Shown here piece by piece: positions 10,088-20,570 of a stretch of 64,000 bases of DNA (positions within the stretch are counted from its first letter, which is position 1; each line of letters opens with the position of its first letter). Where the stretch lies: contig NZ_JAUNEJ010000001.1 in NCBI RefSeq assembly GCF_030525615.1, positions 688,696 through 752,695 of the forward strand, read 5' to 3'. Below the pieces are notes generated by a model. That model was given only the letters and a program-made list of their open reading frames with translations. It was not told the DNA's origin and did not search any database. This DNA is from Cutibacterium sp. (GTDB lineage: Bacteria; Actinomycetota; Actinomycetes; Propionibacteriales; Propionibacteriaceae). A program made the position numbers and the translations under genes.

Positions 10088-11945
10088 ACTCATACCTGTC
10101 GGGGCTGGAAACAGGTTGGAACCTTTCGCGCGCGCCGGCGTTCTGGAACCAAGCGATATTCACCTTGCCAATCTGGTATGCCGTATTGGCGGAGAGCATA
10201 ACCCTGACGTAGGTTTAGCTATCGCGTTGTCGTGCCGCGAGCTACGTCGTGGGTCCGTATTTTGGGATCCTCGTGAGATCGCCGGATCCATCCGACGCCA
10301 GGTCCTCGACCCCGCCATTCCGAACATTGACGACAGCGACCAGGCTGACCTCTTTGACGCTTTGGAATGGCCTGACCCCGACACGTGGCTGTCTGCGCTG
10401 GCAGACAGCCCCGTCATTGCCGGGCGCAACGATCCACTCAACCGGCTGCCGGCTCGCCTGGACGATGACCTGCTCTACCTGGAAAAGTACTGGCAGGCTG
10501 AACACAACGTCGCACGTGATTTGGCTTTATTAGCTGCCGACCCTCCACGTCAAGGGCCCGTAGCTGCCAACCAGATCGTCTCAAAGGTCAGCGCCGCTCT
10601 TGCATCCGCCGACATCATCCTGGACCCAGCCCAAGCCGAAGCCGCCATTGCGGCTATCACTCATCGGATCAGTATCCTTGCTGGTGGGCCTGGAACGGGC
10701 AAGACGACGACAGTATGCGCACTATTGGCTTCGCTTCAGAAAGCGGATCCTCACCTCGGGGCTATCGCCCTCGCAGCCCCCAGCGGTAAAGCTGCGGCCC
10801 GCCTTCGCGACTCTGTCTCGGAGATGTCAGCACACATGCCTGATGACCTCAAACCGGTCGTTGCTGATGCCACAACCATCCATTCTCTTTTGAAATGGCA
10901 GGGGCCAGGATCGTCCTTCGGCTACGACGAGCAGCGCCAACTTCCGTTCGGGGTGATTGTCGTCGACGAGGCGTCTATGCTCTCGCTCCCTCTGGCAGCC
11001 AGTCTGCTAGCCGCTATTGGCTCCGGGACTCGCCTTGTCCTGGTAGGAGACCCAGGCCAGCTCGTGTCGGTGGACGCCGGAAGCGTTTTGGCTGACATTG
11101 TGTCTTCGGCTGGTGCGCTCGACACTCGTCTTCCGGTCACGATCCTCACCCGAAACCACCGCTCGCGAGGAGATATCGCCGATCTGTCGGAAGCCGTTCG
11201 TGAAGGTGATAAAAGCACCGCTTTAATGGTTCTCAGCAAAGCCGCGCTTGGCCACGGTGCGGCAACGGCAGGGGCGGTCGTGCCAAGCATTTCTTGGATT
11301 AACGCCGATCCGGCTGACATCACTATGACTGACCTTCCAGCAGTCGCGGACGTCATCACACACACTGGGTCGCGAATGCTCGAGCTGGCCCGGTCAGGAT
11401 CAGACGCAGCTGCTCTGAAACTGGTCGACGCCCATCGCTTGCTGTGTGCTCATCGGGAAGGACCTTATGGCGTCGACGAGTGGTCTCAGCGCATGGTGTC
11501 TGTCCTTGCTGATGTCCTCCCTGGCATCGATCAGAGCCGATGGGCCCTCGGTGAAACCGCCATGGTCACGCACAACCTCGCTCAGTTGGGAGTAAACAAT
11601 GGCGACTGCGGAGTTGTTGTGGAGACCCGACCGGTTCCCATCGTGACTCTTCCCGGCCCGGGCGGTACTCCTCGGCGATTACCCTGCTCCCTCATCCCGT
11701 CTTTGCAGCCCCTACAGGCAATGACGGTTCATAAAGCTCAGGGCAGTCAATTCACCAATGTCACGGTGATCTTACCGCCGCCTGAATCCCCGCTCCTCAC
11801 CCGGGAATTGTTCTACACGGCCATCACTCGGGCTCGCGAACATCTCACAGTTGTTGGGACGAAAGAATCTGTGGAACGAGCCATCGACCGAGCGAACGAC
11901 CGCCGCTCTGGTATCCAGCGCCGGTGGGAAGAGAATCGCGCATGA
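10080..11945 (+). CDS. recD: Exodeoxyribonuclease V subunit alpha
   Basis: GGPGTGKTT, APSGKAAARL, VVDEASM, VGDPGQLVSV, TVHKAQGSQF, LLTRELFYTAITRAR; 8-bp overlap with recB. Confidence 0.92.
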   Translation: MPELIPVGAGNRLEPFARAGVLEPSDIHLANLVCRIGGEHNPDVGLAIALSCRELRRGSVFWDPREIAGSIRRQVLDPAIPNIDDSDQADLFDALEWPDPDTWLSALADSPVIAGRNDPLNRLPARLDDDLLYLEKYWQAEHNVARDLALLAADPPRQGPVAANQIVSKVSAALASADIILDPAQAEAAIAAITHRISILAGGPGTGKTTTVCALLASLQKADPHLGAIALAAPSGKAAARLRDSVSEMSAHMPDDLKPVVADATTIHSLLKWQGPGSSFGYDEQRQLPFGVIVVDEASMLSLPLAASLLAAIGSGTRLVLVGDPGQLVSVDAGSVLADIVSSAGALDTRLPVTILTRNHRSRGDIADLSEAVREGDKSTALMVLSKAALGHGAATAGAVVPSISWINADPADITMTDLPAVADVITHTGSRMLELARSGSDAAALKLVDAHRLLCAHREGPYGVDEWSQRMVSVLADVLPGIDQSRWALGETAMVTHNLAQLGVNNGDCGVVVETRPVPIVTLPGPGGTPRRLPCSLIPSLQPLQAMTVHKAQGSQFTNVTVILPPPESPLLTRELFYTAITRAREHLTVVGTKESVERAIDRANDRRSGIQRRWEENRA

Positions 11946-11969
11946 TGACCGGCGGAACTGTCGGGTCAG

Positions 11970-12872
11970 TTAAGCCAGCGGAGACGATAAGTCGAACCCA
12001 CTTTCCGGTTCAGGGAGCCGTCGCGCCAACCAAGCGTCAATGAGTGCCCTGGCGATCGACAAGGTTGGTGGCAGCTGCAGCGCGCCACACTGGACCTGTT
12101 GACGCACCTCATCGCGGGTGAACAGGTCGGCCTCTGCCAGCTCGTCCTCGGCCACATCAATAGACCCGGTTGCTCGTGCAACGTAACCGAACATCAGTGA
12201 GCGTGGGAAAGGCCATGCCTGCGAACCCACATAGCGTGCCGCAGTAATTGTCAGGGTCGTCTCCTCGGCGACCTCGCGGACCAAAGCATGCTCAGCGGGT
12301 TCCCCAGCCTCGACAAATCCAGCGACTACGGACCGACGATGTGCGGCCCAGGAATGCTGTCTGGCCAGCACAATACGGTCCTCGGTATCGAGGACCGCAG
12401 CAATGATCGCCGGGTCCGTGCGCGGGAAGACTTGATGCCCGTCCGGGCAAACCCGAGCCGGGCCGCCACTGGTAATGCGTGTTGGCCGCCCACAGCGCGG
12501 GCATGTTGGATTGCTCTCGTGCCAGGCGAGAGCGGCAACTGCTGACATCACCAATTCACGATCGGTCGGCTCAAGGTCGACGCTACGCAGACTGCGCGCT
12601 TCTGGACGCGCCTGGGTATTTCGTCGGGCGAACCAGGGCACGTCACCGACAACTCCGAGAAACAGGTCCCTCTGATCGTCACGCTCCCCAACGGTAGGGC
12701 CAGCCACGAGTCGTCCGCTGGCCATAACGACCTTGTCGTGCGGATCGATGAGCAACAGCCGGGCCTTCGGATTTTCCCACCGAACTCGATTGGCCTCGTT
12801 GTCGTCGCGGTCCGAATGGCACCGATCCAGCATGGGTCGAGCCACGATGTGCATCTCGCTGGCCTCAGTCAC
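11970..12872 (-). CDS. nudC: NADH pyrophosphatase (Nudix)
   Basis: CPRCG...CPDGH zinc ribbon, FPRTDPAII, AGFVEAGE...REVAEE, SQAWPFPRSLMFG. Start uncertain (GTG 12872 or ATG 12854). Confidence 0.88.
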   Translation of the reverse strand: MTEASEMHIVARPMLDRCHSDRDDNEANRVRWENPKARLLLIDPHDKVVMASGRLVAGPTVGERDDQRDLFLGVVGDVPWFARRNTQARPEARSLRSVDLEPTDRELVMSAVAALAWHESNPTCPRCGRPTRITSGGPARVCPDGHQVFPRTDPAIIAAVLDTEDRIVLARQHSWAAHRRSVVAGFVEAGEPAEHALVREVAEETTLTITAARYVGSQAWPFPRSLMFGYVARATGSIDVAEDELAEADLFTRDEVRQQVQCGALQLPPTLSIARALIDAWLARRLPEPESGFDLSSPLA

Positions 12873-12921
12873 AGTGTCACTGTAATCCGGTTGCCGAGGA
12901 CGACTCGAAGGCCAGGTTCTA

Positions 12922-15900
12922 CTAACCGTCTGATGTGCGTTCCGCCTCGTGCAACATTGCGGCCACCTGATCGGCGTCCAGCAATGGGTCTGCCGCGACG
13001 GTCTTGTTGGCACCTACGTGGTGAAAGACCGCTCGCACCCGAGATGGGTCTATCCCTCGGGCTTGGGCCCACGCCAAACGGTAAATAGACAACTGAAGAG
13101 GGTCGGCTGATTTCGGCTTCGACGTTTTCCAGTCAATAACGAGCTCATCACCGGGATGATCGGGGTCTTTCACCACCGCATCAAGACGTCCCCGAACAAC
13201 TATGTTCCCAATCGTCATGACGAACGGCTTCTCCACCGCCAAAAATGTGGCATCTGCCCATCGACAGTTCTCGAACGCCTCGCAAAGCGTCTGCAATCTG
13301 CGCTTGTCTGCTGGCTTAGTGTTTGCACTGTCTTCCGGCCACCGCTCCGCGTCGCCGTCCGGCCAGTCGGCAATCTCTTCGGTATCAAAATCGGCAATCT
13401 CTTCGGCAGCAAAAAGTGGGGCCGGTTCGGTGGGTGCAAGACGTTGACTCACCCACTCGTGGAATGCCGTTCCAATGTTCGCTCCCTTATCCGCACGTCG
13501 AGGCATAGGGCGTCGCAGATCCGCCCAAAACTTCTGCGGATTCGAGTGGAGCCCGACCATCTGAGAGGTTGTCAGCCGCGATGGAATGACAAGATCGTGG
13601 TTTCCATCGCGCTGACGTCGAGCCTCTGCGATCAAAGCCTGTGCATCAGATCGCCATGACGCCACTCGATCAGCGTCCTCAGGATCGTCAACAGCTGGAT
13701 GTCCACCGCTGCGTGACCACTCCGTTGGTATTGGTGCGATGGCGCTTTCATCGGCCAGATCAGGCCATGGAATCCCTTCTTGGGTATCTTCCTGAGGCTC
13801 TTCGTCAAGCGCAGGCCACTTCACGCCGAGCAGATCAGCCACAAGATCTGCGTAATAACCGGGTTCACAACCCTTTGTGCGTCGAGGGTCCCATTTGTGC
13901 CATGACACCACCAGTCTCTCTTTTGCTCTTGTGAGGGCCACATAGGCCAACCTGGCCTCTGATGATTGAGAATCGTCCTTCAGCGCCGCGACGTAAGCCT
14001 TGGCGTCGGCTTCACTTCCGGATGCGGGGTGACTGATCTCATCTGCATCTCCCCTGGCAAAAGATGGCATGACAGCGGCCTTGGTCACGAAATTGTCGGG
14101 ACTCAATCCGGATGGAAACACGCCTTTGGCCATGTCAGGAATAATCACGAATGGCCATTCCAGACCCTTGGCTGCGTGAACAGTCGATATCGTGACGGCG
14201 TCGCTCTGGTCCTCAGAGACTCGGCTAAGACCTTGCCCGTAGTCCTCTTCGGCCGCAAGCCACGCAACGATCCCCGCGACGGTCATGTCGGGATCACCTC
14301 GGCGTATTTCTCGCACTTCGTTCCACAACTCGTCGAGTTGGCTACGACGCGCCTGACCCCGCTCTGGAGCGTCGGCAGCGATGTCGTCGACGAGTCCGGT
14401 AATGACTTCGATACGCAAAATCAAGTCGTCAGGGCTATCCCCCCGATGAGCATCAACCTCGCGGATCTCTGCAGCGAGACGCTTGAGTGCAGATTGCACT
14501 CGTCCGTCTCCTACCGGTCGATCTTCCATGACGGCACCGTCCAGATGGACATCGACGTCTTTGGAATCCAGGCCGTCGGCGATGGCTTGTGCCTTGGTCA
14601 AGGCCCGAGCCCGTCGGTAGACCAATGCGAGATCGTCCGTCCCTAGTCCAAGTCGAGGAGCAGCGAGCAGAGTGGCCATCGCAGCATCATCGTGGCGATC
14701 GACCAGCAACCGAAGGTGAGCCACCACCATCGCGACGTCCGGAAGCGACAACAACCCGGAGAGGTTTGCCACCCTTACCGAGACGTCACGAGAACTTATC
14801 GCGTCATAAAGGTCGGCAATGTCGCTGTTCCGTCTTACCAGAATCGCGACGTCGGACCATCGTGCGATCTCTCCGCGTTCTTTGGCCTCCACCAGCATGT
14901 CAGCGCAGTGTCGACACTCATCGGCCCAGGTCACATATGCAGTAGCGCTGACGTCCCCGTGCCGGTTACCCCTTGGCGCAACCAAGGGCCTACCTACCGC
15001 AAGTTCGATTTGATCGTCACCCGGGCAGCCTCCTGCAGATTCCAGCGATGCCGCCAGTGATTCGCGCAATTCTTTCGACGCCACATTCGCCGCGTTGATG
15101 ATCTGGTTGGCACATCGTCGGTTCGTGGTCAGGGACAACATGGTCGCAGGCTGATTCGTCGCGTCCGGGAAGCGCCGATGAAAATCCAGGATGTTGCTCG
15201 CGGCTGCCCCGCGCCACGCATAAATGGCCTGCAGCGGATCACCGACGGCCATCACCGGATGGCCCATTCCATGATCGGCATCGGGACCAGAAAAGAGGGC
15301 AGTTAACAAATCTGCTTGTGCAGACGAGGTGTCCTGATACTCGTCGAGAAGAACAACACGGTATCGGGCTCTCAATTCTTTCCCGACTCTCGGATGATGT
15401 CTCACGAGGTGCAGAGCTTGCATCATGCGGTCGCCAAACTCGACAAATCCGCGTTGCCGCTTGAGATCTTGGTAGGCGTGTACGAGGTTGAGCAAGTCAT
15501 CGCGTTCGTCCACCGTGACAAGGTTCTTCTTCACGCTGGCGTACTGTTCGCCATCACGCCGAGTCGGGGCGTCGACAAGCATCTGGCGCCACCGAGCGTC
15601 CGCGGCTAGCACCTCGTCCTCACTCGCGTCGTGCGAAGCCATCGCTCCCGCCAGTGACACGATCCCTTGAGCAATAGACGTGGGAGCCAGATGAGTGCTC
15701 ATCAGCGGTGGCCTGTCCAGCTCTGAGACGACCTCCATCGCTAGCTGGTAAGCCCTGGCCCCCGTTATGAGTTGGGCCCCGGTATCGATGCCGTCCCACG
15801 CCCCGTAATCGGTTACCAGAGTGCTGGCGAAACTGTCATACGTCGACACTGTGGGCCTGGGCTGCTCAGGGGTGAGAAGACCTGCGCTAGTGAGGTTGTT

Positions 15901-16152
15901 TTCAATCCGCTCCGACAGTTCGGATGTGGCCTTGTTGGTAAACGTCAGTCCCAAGATTTCCTCGGGCCTGACCAGACCACTCGCAACGAGCCAGACGACC
16001 CGAGCAGCCATCACCGTTGTCTTGCCTGTACCCGCTCCAGCGACAACGACGCACGGTTTGAGAGGGGCCATAATGGCCTTCCCCTGTTCACTGGAGATGG
16101 GAATCCCAAGCAGAGCTGCGATGTCGACGTTGCCGTCAGTAGGATCACTCAT
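12922..16152 (-). CDS. adnB: AdnB helicase-nuclease subunit
   Basis: AGAGTGKT, LLDEYQDTS, VGDPLQAIYAWRGA, TVHAAKGLEW, C-terminal GRLDAVV...VIDWKT; sits between adnA and nudC. Confidence 0.85.
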   Translation of the reverse strand: MSDPTDGNVDIAALLGIPISSEQGKAIMAPLKPCVVVAGAGTGKTTVMAARVVWLVASGLVRPEEILGLTFTNKATSELSERIENNLTSAGLLTPEQPRPTVSTYDSFASTLVTDYGAWDGIDTGAQLITGARAYQLAMEVVSELDRPPLMSTHLAPTSIAQGIVSLAGAMASHDASEDEVLAADARWRQMLVDAPTRRDGEQYASVKKNLVTVDERDDLLNLVHAYQDLKRQRGFVEFGDRMMQALHLVRHHPRVGKELRARYRVVLLDEYQDTSSAQADLLTALFSGPDADHGMGHPVMAVGDPLQAIYAWRGAAASNILDFHRRFPDATNQPATMLSLTTNRRCANQIINAANVASKELRESLAASLESAGGCPGDDQIELAVGRPLVAPRGNRHGDVSATAYVTWADECRHCADMLVEAKERGEIARWSDVAILVRRNSDIADLYDAISSRDVSVRVANLSGLLSLPDVAMVVAHLRLLVDRHDDAAMATLLAAPRLGLGTDDLALVYRRARALTKAQAIADGLDSKDVDVHLDGAVMEDRPVGDGRVQSALKRLAAEIREVDAHRGDSPDDLILRIEVITGLVDDIAADAPERGQARRSQLDELWNEVREIRRGDPDMTVAGIVAWLAAEEDYGQGLSRVSEDQSDAVTISTVHAAKGLEWPFVIIPDMAKGVFPSGLSPDNFVTKAAVMPSFARGDADEISHPASGSEADAKAYVAALKDDSQSSEARLAYVALTRAKERLVVSWHKWDPRRTKGCEPGYYADLVADLLGVKWPALDEEPQEDTQEGIPWPDLADESAIAPIPTEWSRSGGHPAVDDPEDADRVASWRSDAQALIAEARRQRDGNHDLVIPSRLTTSQMVGLHSNPQKFWADLRRPMPRRADKGANIGTAFHEWVSQRLAPTEPAPLFAAEEIADFDTEEIADWPDGDAERWPEDSANTKPADKRRLQTLCEAFENCRWADATFLAVEKPFVMTIGNIVVRGRLDAVVKDPDHPGDELVIDWKTSKPKSADPLQLSIYRLAWAQARGIDPSRVRAVFHHVGANKTVAADPLLDADQVAAMLHEAERTSDG

Positions 16153-19100
16153 GAGGCGCTCCTTTGCTGTCGAGACTCATTGGTTGAAGCGTCCCTCGGA
16201 ATCAGTGCTGGACATCCAGCTCTGGCAGGACAATGGCTGCACCCGGCATTGACAATTGCGGAGTACTTGCCCGACTTGACGATCTTGATCGCCTTGTCGA
16301 CACTCGCCTCGATCCAGTTTCGGCAGCCAGCGACTGGCTTTGTAGGCTCGGGCCAAGGAACCTCAGAAAGCCCATTCTGCCGGTCAATCTTTGCATTCAC
16401 GTGCCCTTTGCCCGCCCCTATCCGAAGATGAACTAATTCCGCGCCACTGACTGATGTTTTACCAAGGTCAGCGACTCCGCCGGACTGGACGACAGCTTGG
16501 TACACCCCAATTTGTAGATGGTGGGCCTTCTTCGTTTCAGCCGATGTGCTCGTTCCGGTCTTGAGATCCACCACGTAGCACGCGCCTTCTGCGTCTCGTT
16601 CCAGCCGATCTATGCTTCCGCGCACCCGGGCTATACCAGACGGAACTACGATCGTGCCGTCGATTCGCACCTCAGTACCAATGAGTTCTCGGTTACGCGA
16701 GGCCAACCAACTGTCGAAACGCTTCAGTGCGGCTTTTGCGCCGTCGAGTTCACTGTCTCGTTGCCATTCCGCGGCCAATTCGATGCTGGGCCATGCCGCT
16801 TCCAACTCGGCAATTGCCCCGGGCAAGGACCATTCATCCATGTTTTCCGAACAGATCCGGTGCACGAGCGTGCCAATACTTGCACGCAGCGCAGCACCGC
16901 TACTAGCCCCAGCACGACGAGACATGAACCACCGCCGCGGGCAGGTGAGCAACTCCCCAATGTGCGAGGCTCCCAGCTCAATTTCACCACTGATATCGGC
17001 TTGCGGGGGGACTCCTTTGCGCCACCACGTGTGCGGATCAGCTTGTGGCACAAGAGGATGTCCATAGTGCTCGGCAACGCGCAGTTCATCGAGAAGCTTC
17101 TGAGCCTCGCCTCGCAGCGCGGGTGACTCGCTCTCGTCCCCGACGACACGGCGTAGTTCGCCGACAAGCTCGGTCAGGCTTGCGGTGTTCAAGACAGCGG
17201 CGCTGTCTTCCAGGTGGGGAATCCTCATCAATATCCCAGAAGGGCGAATACCGTCGTCGGGAGATTCGACAGAACACAACAGCAATTGATTTGTCGCTCG
17301 TGAACACGCCACAAGCAACAACCTGGTCTCAGCACGAAGGTTCTCCGACCATCCAGGTGCCGCCACGGGACCATCTGGAGACCACCTATCTGCCCCGACC
17401 AGCGAACCGGTGTGGTTATCGGCTGGCCAGTTGCCCTCTTGCAGGCCGCAGACCGCTACCACAGTGAATTCCCTGTCCTTGACACGGTACGCAGTGGCAA
17501 CCGTGACCCCATCGCGATCCTGGTCGGACTCACGGGCCCGGTCTGCGGGAATCTGTTCTCGTCTCACTATGTCAATGAGACGACGTGCCCCTGAGACACC
17601 ACGCATGGTGTTAGCCGACTCAACCATGTCGAACAACGAGCACAGTCCATCGAGATCACGATTGGCAGACGCGTCGCCGGCCAAGGCGCGATCGCGTAGC
17701 GTCCGCGCCCACGAACCCCCCTGCCACAAGGCCCACAGAGCTTCATGGCACGTTCCGCCAGAGTCCAAAATGCGGGCCGACCGTTGAACTCGCCGCACCA
17801 ACGCCGCGAGCGGCTGGGCGCGTTCTTGCAGTCCCGGTGGCACAGTGTTTTCGCGCGCCGGAGACGCAGTGTTTTCGCCCACCGGTGGCACAGTGTTTTC
17901 GCGCACCGGAGACGCAGTGTTACTCGAGACCCCTGTAGACGCAGTGGTCGTACCGATGTCGTTATCAGATCCACCACCGTCACCGGCGTCGCCGTCCACC
18001 TCTTTCTTTGTTGCACCTGTATCAGTAGCCAGTTCTTGGAGTATCTGCCAATTAAGCTCATCACCGCGGACAAGTCGGCACCACGTTTCAAGCCGATGGA
18101 TAACGTTGCGATCGATCCCCGCCAATGGGTTCTCTACCAGGGCCGCCACCTCTCGCTGGCTCGGCTGAGATCCTGCTGCGAGACACACTGCCGCCTCAAG
18201 AGCATTGAGAATCTGAGTGACACCATGTACATCAGACAACGCGTGCTCGTCTCGGGAGCGGATGACCGGTATGCCCTCGGAGGTAAGGATTGTCGCCATC
18301 ACTCCCACCTCGGCCCCATGACGAGTCACTACGGCCATCTCATTCCAGGGGACACCATCAGCCACATGGGCATGGCGAAGACTTCCGGCTATCTTTCTTA
18401 TCAACCGGGTCGTACTGCCAGCTCGAACAGCAGCTACTGTGCCCGTCTCTGCAGTCACAACCTTGTTTGCCCGGCGTCGCAGACGCCTCGATGACGGTAG
18501 CGTCGGCATACCCGTACGCAAGGACTCAACAACATCAGCAATATGCTTATGGTTCCGGTAATTGGTCTGCAGGTGATGAACTGATACCTCTGGGAACTCA
18601 TCGATCACGTCATCGAGACGGTCTGCAACAGCCCCACGGAAACCGTAAATCGTCTGATCCGGGTCCGCAGCCAGCACACAGCGGACATGGCATTGAGCAA
18701 TCTGGGCGATGAGGTGGATCTGGGACACATCACATTCAGTGAGGTCGTCACACACAAGCAGTTTGACCCGTGACCTCACGGCGGCGGATGCTTCTGGACG
18801 CGTCAAAGCAATCCGAGCACGGTGAACTGCCTCGGCATAATCGACTGTTCCTTCCAAATCAAGAACATCGAGGTAGTCCGCCAGGAACGGTCCTAGGACT
18901 TTCCATTCCGGCACTCCCCATCTCATTCCAGCAGCAGTGAGGTCCTGAGGGTCGCGCCCTTCTTGACGCAGTCGCGCCGCCATAACACGTACGTCAGACG
19001 CAAACTGAGAGGTCTTTGCACACGCCCGCAACTCTTCCGACCAATCCGACATGTCATGAACCGCGAGCAGCTCCCTCATACGGAACTCCTGTTCGGGGGC

Positions 19101-19436
19101 AGTCAACAAGTGTCCCGAGAACTGCCGATATGCAAGTATGCGCCGTGCCAAAGCATGAACCGTCATGACATGAGGATCCAGATGGGCACCGCCGAGTCGT
19201 CGCGCTAGTCCGTTGCGTAATAACTGAGCAGCCGGTCTTGTCTGCCCAAGTAGCAAAACATCAGACACCGACCCGCCAGCTTCAACGTACCGAGCCGCCG
19301 CTTCAAGGCACAGGCTGGTACGACCGGTCCCCGGCCCTCCCATGACGAGAACTGTGCCAGCCTCATCGTCAAGCACCTGAGTTTGAGCGTCATCCCATCC
19401 GTGCATGACACACATCCCACCACTGGACTGAGACAC
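16149..19436 (-). CDS. adnA: AdnA helicase-nuclease subunit
   Basis: GGPGTGRT, LAADPDQTIYGFRGA, nuclease motif GSIDRLE...VVDLKTG, Cys set CPRRWF...CSHCPARAGC; 4-bp overlap with adnB; start approximate. Confidence 0.82.
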   Translation of the reverse strand: MSQSSGGMCVMHGWDDAQTQVLDDEAGTVLVMGGPGTGRTSLCLEAAARYVEAGGSVSDVLLLGQTRPAAQLLRNGLARRLGGAHLDPHVMTVHALARRILAYRQFSGHLLTAPEQEFRMRELLAVHDMSDWSEELRACAKTSQFASDVRVMAARLRQEGRDPQDLTAAGMRWGVPEWKVLGPFLADYLDVLDLEGTVDYAEAVHRARIALTRPEASAAVRSRVKLLVCDDLTECDVSQIHLIAQIAQCHVRCVLAADPDQTIYGFRGAVADRLDDVIDEFPEVSVHHLQTNYRNHKHIADVVESLRTGMPTLPSSRRLRRRANKVVTAETGTVAAVRAGSTTRLIRKIAGSLRHAHVADGVPWNEMAVVTRHGAEVGVMATILTSEGIPVIRSRDEHALSDVHGVTQILNALEAAVCLAAGSQPSQREVAALVENPLAGIDRNVIHRLETWCRLVRGDELNWQILQELATDTGATKKEVDGDAGDGGGSDNDIGTTTASTGVSSNTASPVRENTVPPVGENTASPARENTVPPGLQERAQPLAALVRRVQRSARILDSGGTCHEALWALWQGGSWARTLRDRALAGDASANRDLDGLCSLFDMVESANTMRGVSGARRLIDIVRREQIPADRARESDQDRDGVTVATAYRVKDREFTVVAVCGLQEGNWPADNHTGSLVGADRWSPDGPVAAPGWSENLRAETRLLLVACSRATNQLLLCSVESPDDGIRPSGILMRIPHLEDSAAVLNTASLTELVGELRRVVGDESESPALRGEAQKLLDELRVAEHYGHPLVPQADPHTWWRKGVPPQADISGEIELGASHIGELLTCPRRWFMSRRAGASSGAALRASIGTLVHRICSENMDEWSLPGAIAELEAAWPSIELAAEWQRDSELDGAKAALKRFDSWLASRNRELIGTEVRIDGTIVVPSGIARVRGSIDRLERDAEGACYVVDLKTGTSTSAETKKAHHLQIGVYQAVVQSGGVADLGKTSVSGAELVHLRIGAGKGHVNAKIDRQNGLSEVPWPEPTKPVAGCRNWIEASVDKAIKIVKSGKYSAIVNAGCSHCPARAGCPALIPRDASTNESRQQRSAS
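17834..17929. repeat. In-frame tandem repeat inside adnA (2 x 48 bp = 4 x 24 bp)
   Basis: ccggtggcacagtgttttcgcgcg / ccggagacgcagtgttttcgccca / ccggtggcacagtgttttcgcgca / ccggagacgcagtgttactcgaga; encodes (E/S)NTASP(V/A)RENTVPP twice. Confidence 0.9.
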
Positions 19437-19685
19437 AGTTATCGTCTGACTGCCTACTTCTGACAGAACAACGCTGTCAAAGGCCCCTTTCTGGCCGATC
19501 GTCCCGGCGTGTGAGAAAGTGGAGAAGATGGTTCCGGGCCAATGAGATGCGTCCGCACCGTCGTGGTTAGATGTCGGTTGACGTATATTTACCGCTACCG
19601 CTATTTACCACCACCGCCGTGCCACAGCGAGCGCTACACCCGGTCGGAGCCATGCGGACGACAACCGCCCAGCCTGAGGACTTTC

Positions 19686-20549
19686 ATGAATGAATCGGAT
19701 CAGTCAGCGGCCAAAATTGTGACGCCCGATACCTCCGCCATCACACGAGTGGACCTCACCGATGAGGCTGCAGCTCGCGACGATCTTGCGTGCGCATCGC
19801 ACATTGGGCTGCACCACGACACGAACCAGGACGCTGCGGCCCTTGGTATCGACAGCTCCGGGCGCCATGTCGTCCTCGTCGTCGCTGACGGTGTTTCCTC
19901 AACGCAGGGTGCTGAGGAATGTGCCAGAATCGCGTCTCATACGGCCCGTGATTACCTGACAGCCACAATGGGGCAGGGAATGCCGGACAATGACAATGAC
20001 GTCGTTGCCTTGTTTGAGCGGGCATTCCGGAAGACTCACGAGGCAGTGGTGAATGCAACACCTCCCGTTGGTGCGTGCACTCTTGCCGTCGCTGTGGCGA
20101 CACCGGAACGCATTGTCGTTGGCAACATCGGTGATACCAGAACCTACTGGTTCCCTGACGGCGGCGACTGTATTCGACTGTCTATCGATGATTCCGTAGC
20201 TCAAGCGCAAATGGATCTGGGGATGCCCCGCGAAGAGGCCGAAGCAGGACCCGGCGCCCATGCCATCACCAAATGGGTTGGTGCCTGTGCCACCGACCTT
20301 GCTCCTCGCGTAGTGGCTTATCAGCCGCAGCATTCTGGCTGGCTCTTGGTATGCAGTGACGGGTTGTGGAATCACGTTCCCGATCCTGACGACTTTACCG
20401 CGCTCATCGCTGACCTGGTGAGCACAGCGCGACACAATGACCAGGGACGTCCTGACCCTGAAGGTCTCGCCGCCGGACTTATCAGATACGCCAATAGCTG
20501 CGGCGGCCACGACAACATCACCGTGGCATTGTGGCGTCGCGACGCTTGA
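19686..20549 (+). CDS. PP2C/PPM-family Ser/Thr protein phosphatase
   Basis: SHIGLHHDTNQDA, VVADGVSS, GNIGDTRTY, LLVCSDGLWN, GGHDNITVAL. Confidence 0.88.
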   Translation: MNESDQSAAKIVTPDTSAITRVDLTDEAAARDDLACASHIGLHHDTNQDAAALGIDSSGRHVVLVVADGVSSTQGAEECARIASHTARDYLTATMGQGMPDNDNDVVALFERAFRKTHEAVVNATPPVGACTLAVAVATPERIVVGNIGDTRTYWFPDGGDCIRLSIDDSVAQAQMDLGMPREEAEAGPGAHAITKWVGACATDLAPRVVAYQPQHSGWLLVCSDGLWNHVPDPDDFTALIADLVSTARHNDQGRPDPEGLAAGLIRYANSCGGHDNITVALWRRDA

Positions 20550-20570
20550 TCTAACGGTAGGTTTGTCACT

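Noticed and set aside
17834-17929. Possible CRISPR array (24-bp repeats)
   Set aside because: Units are contiguous with no unique spacers, lie in frame inside adnA, and no cas genes are present.
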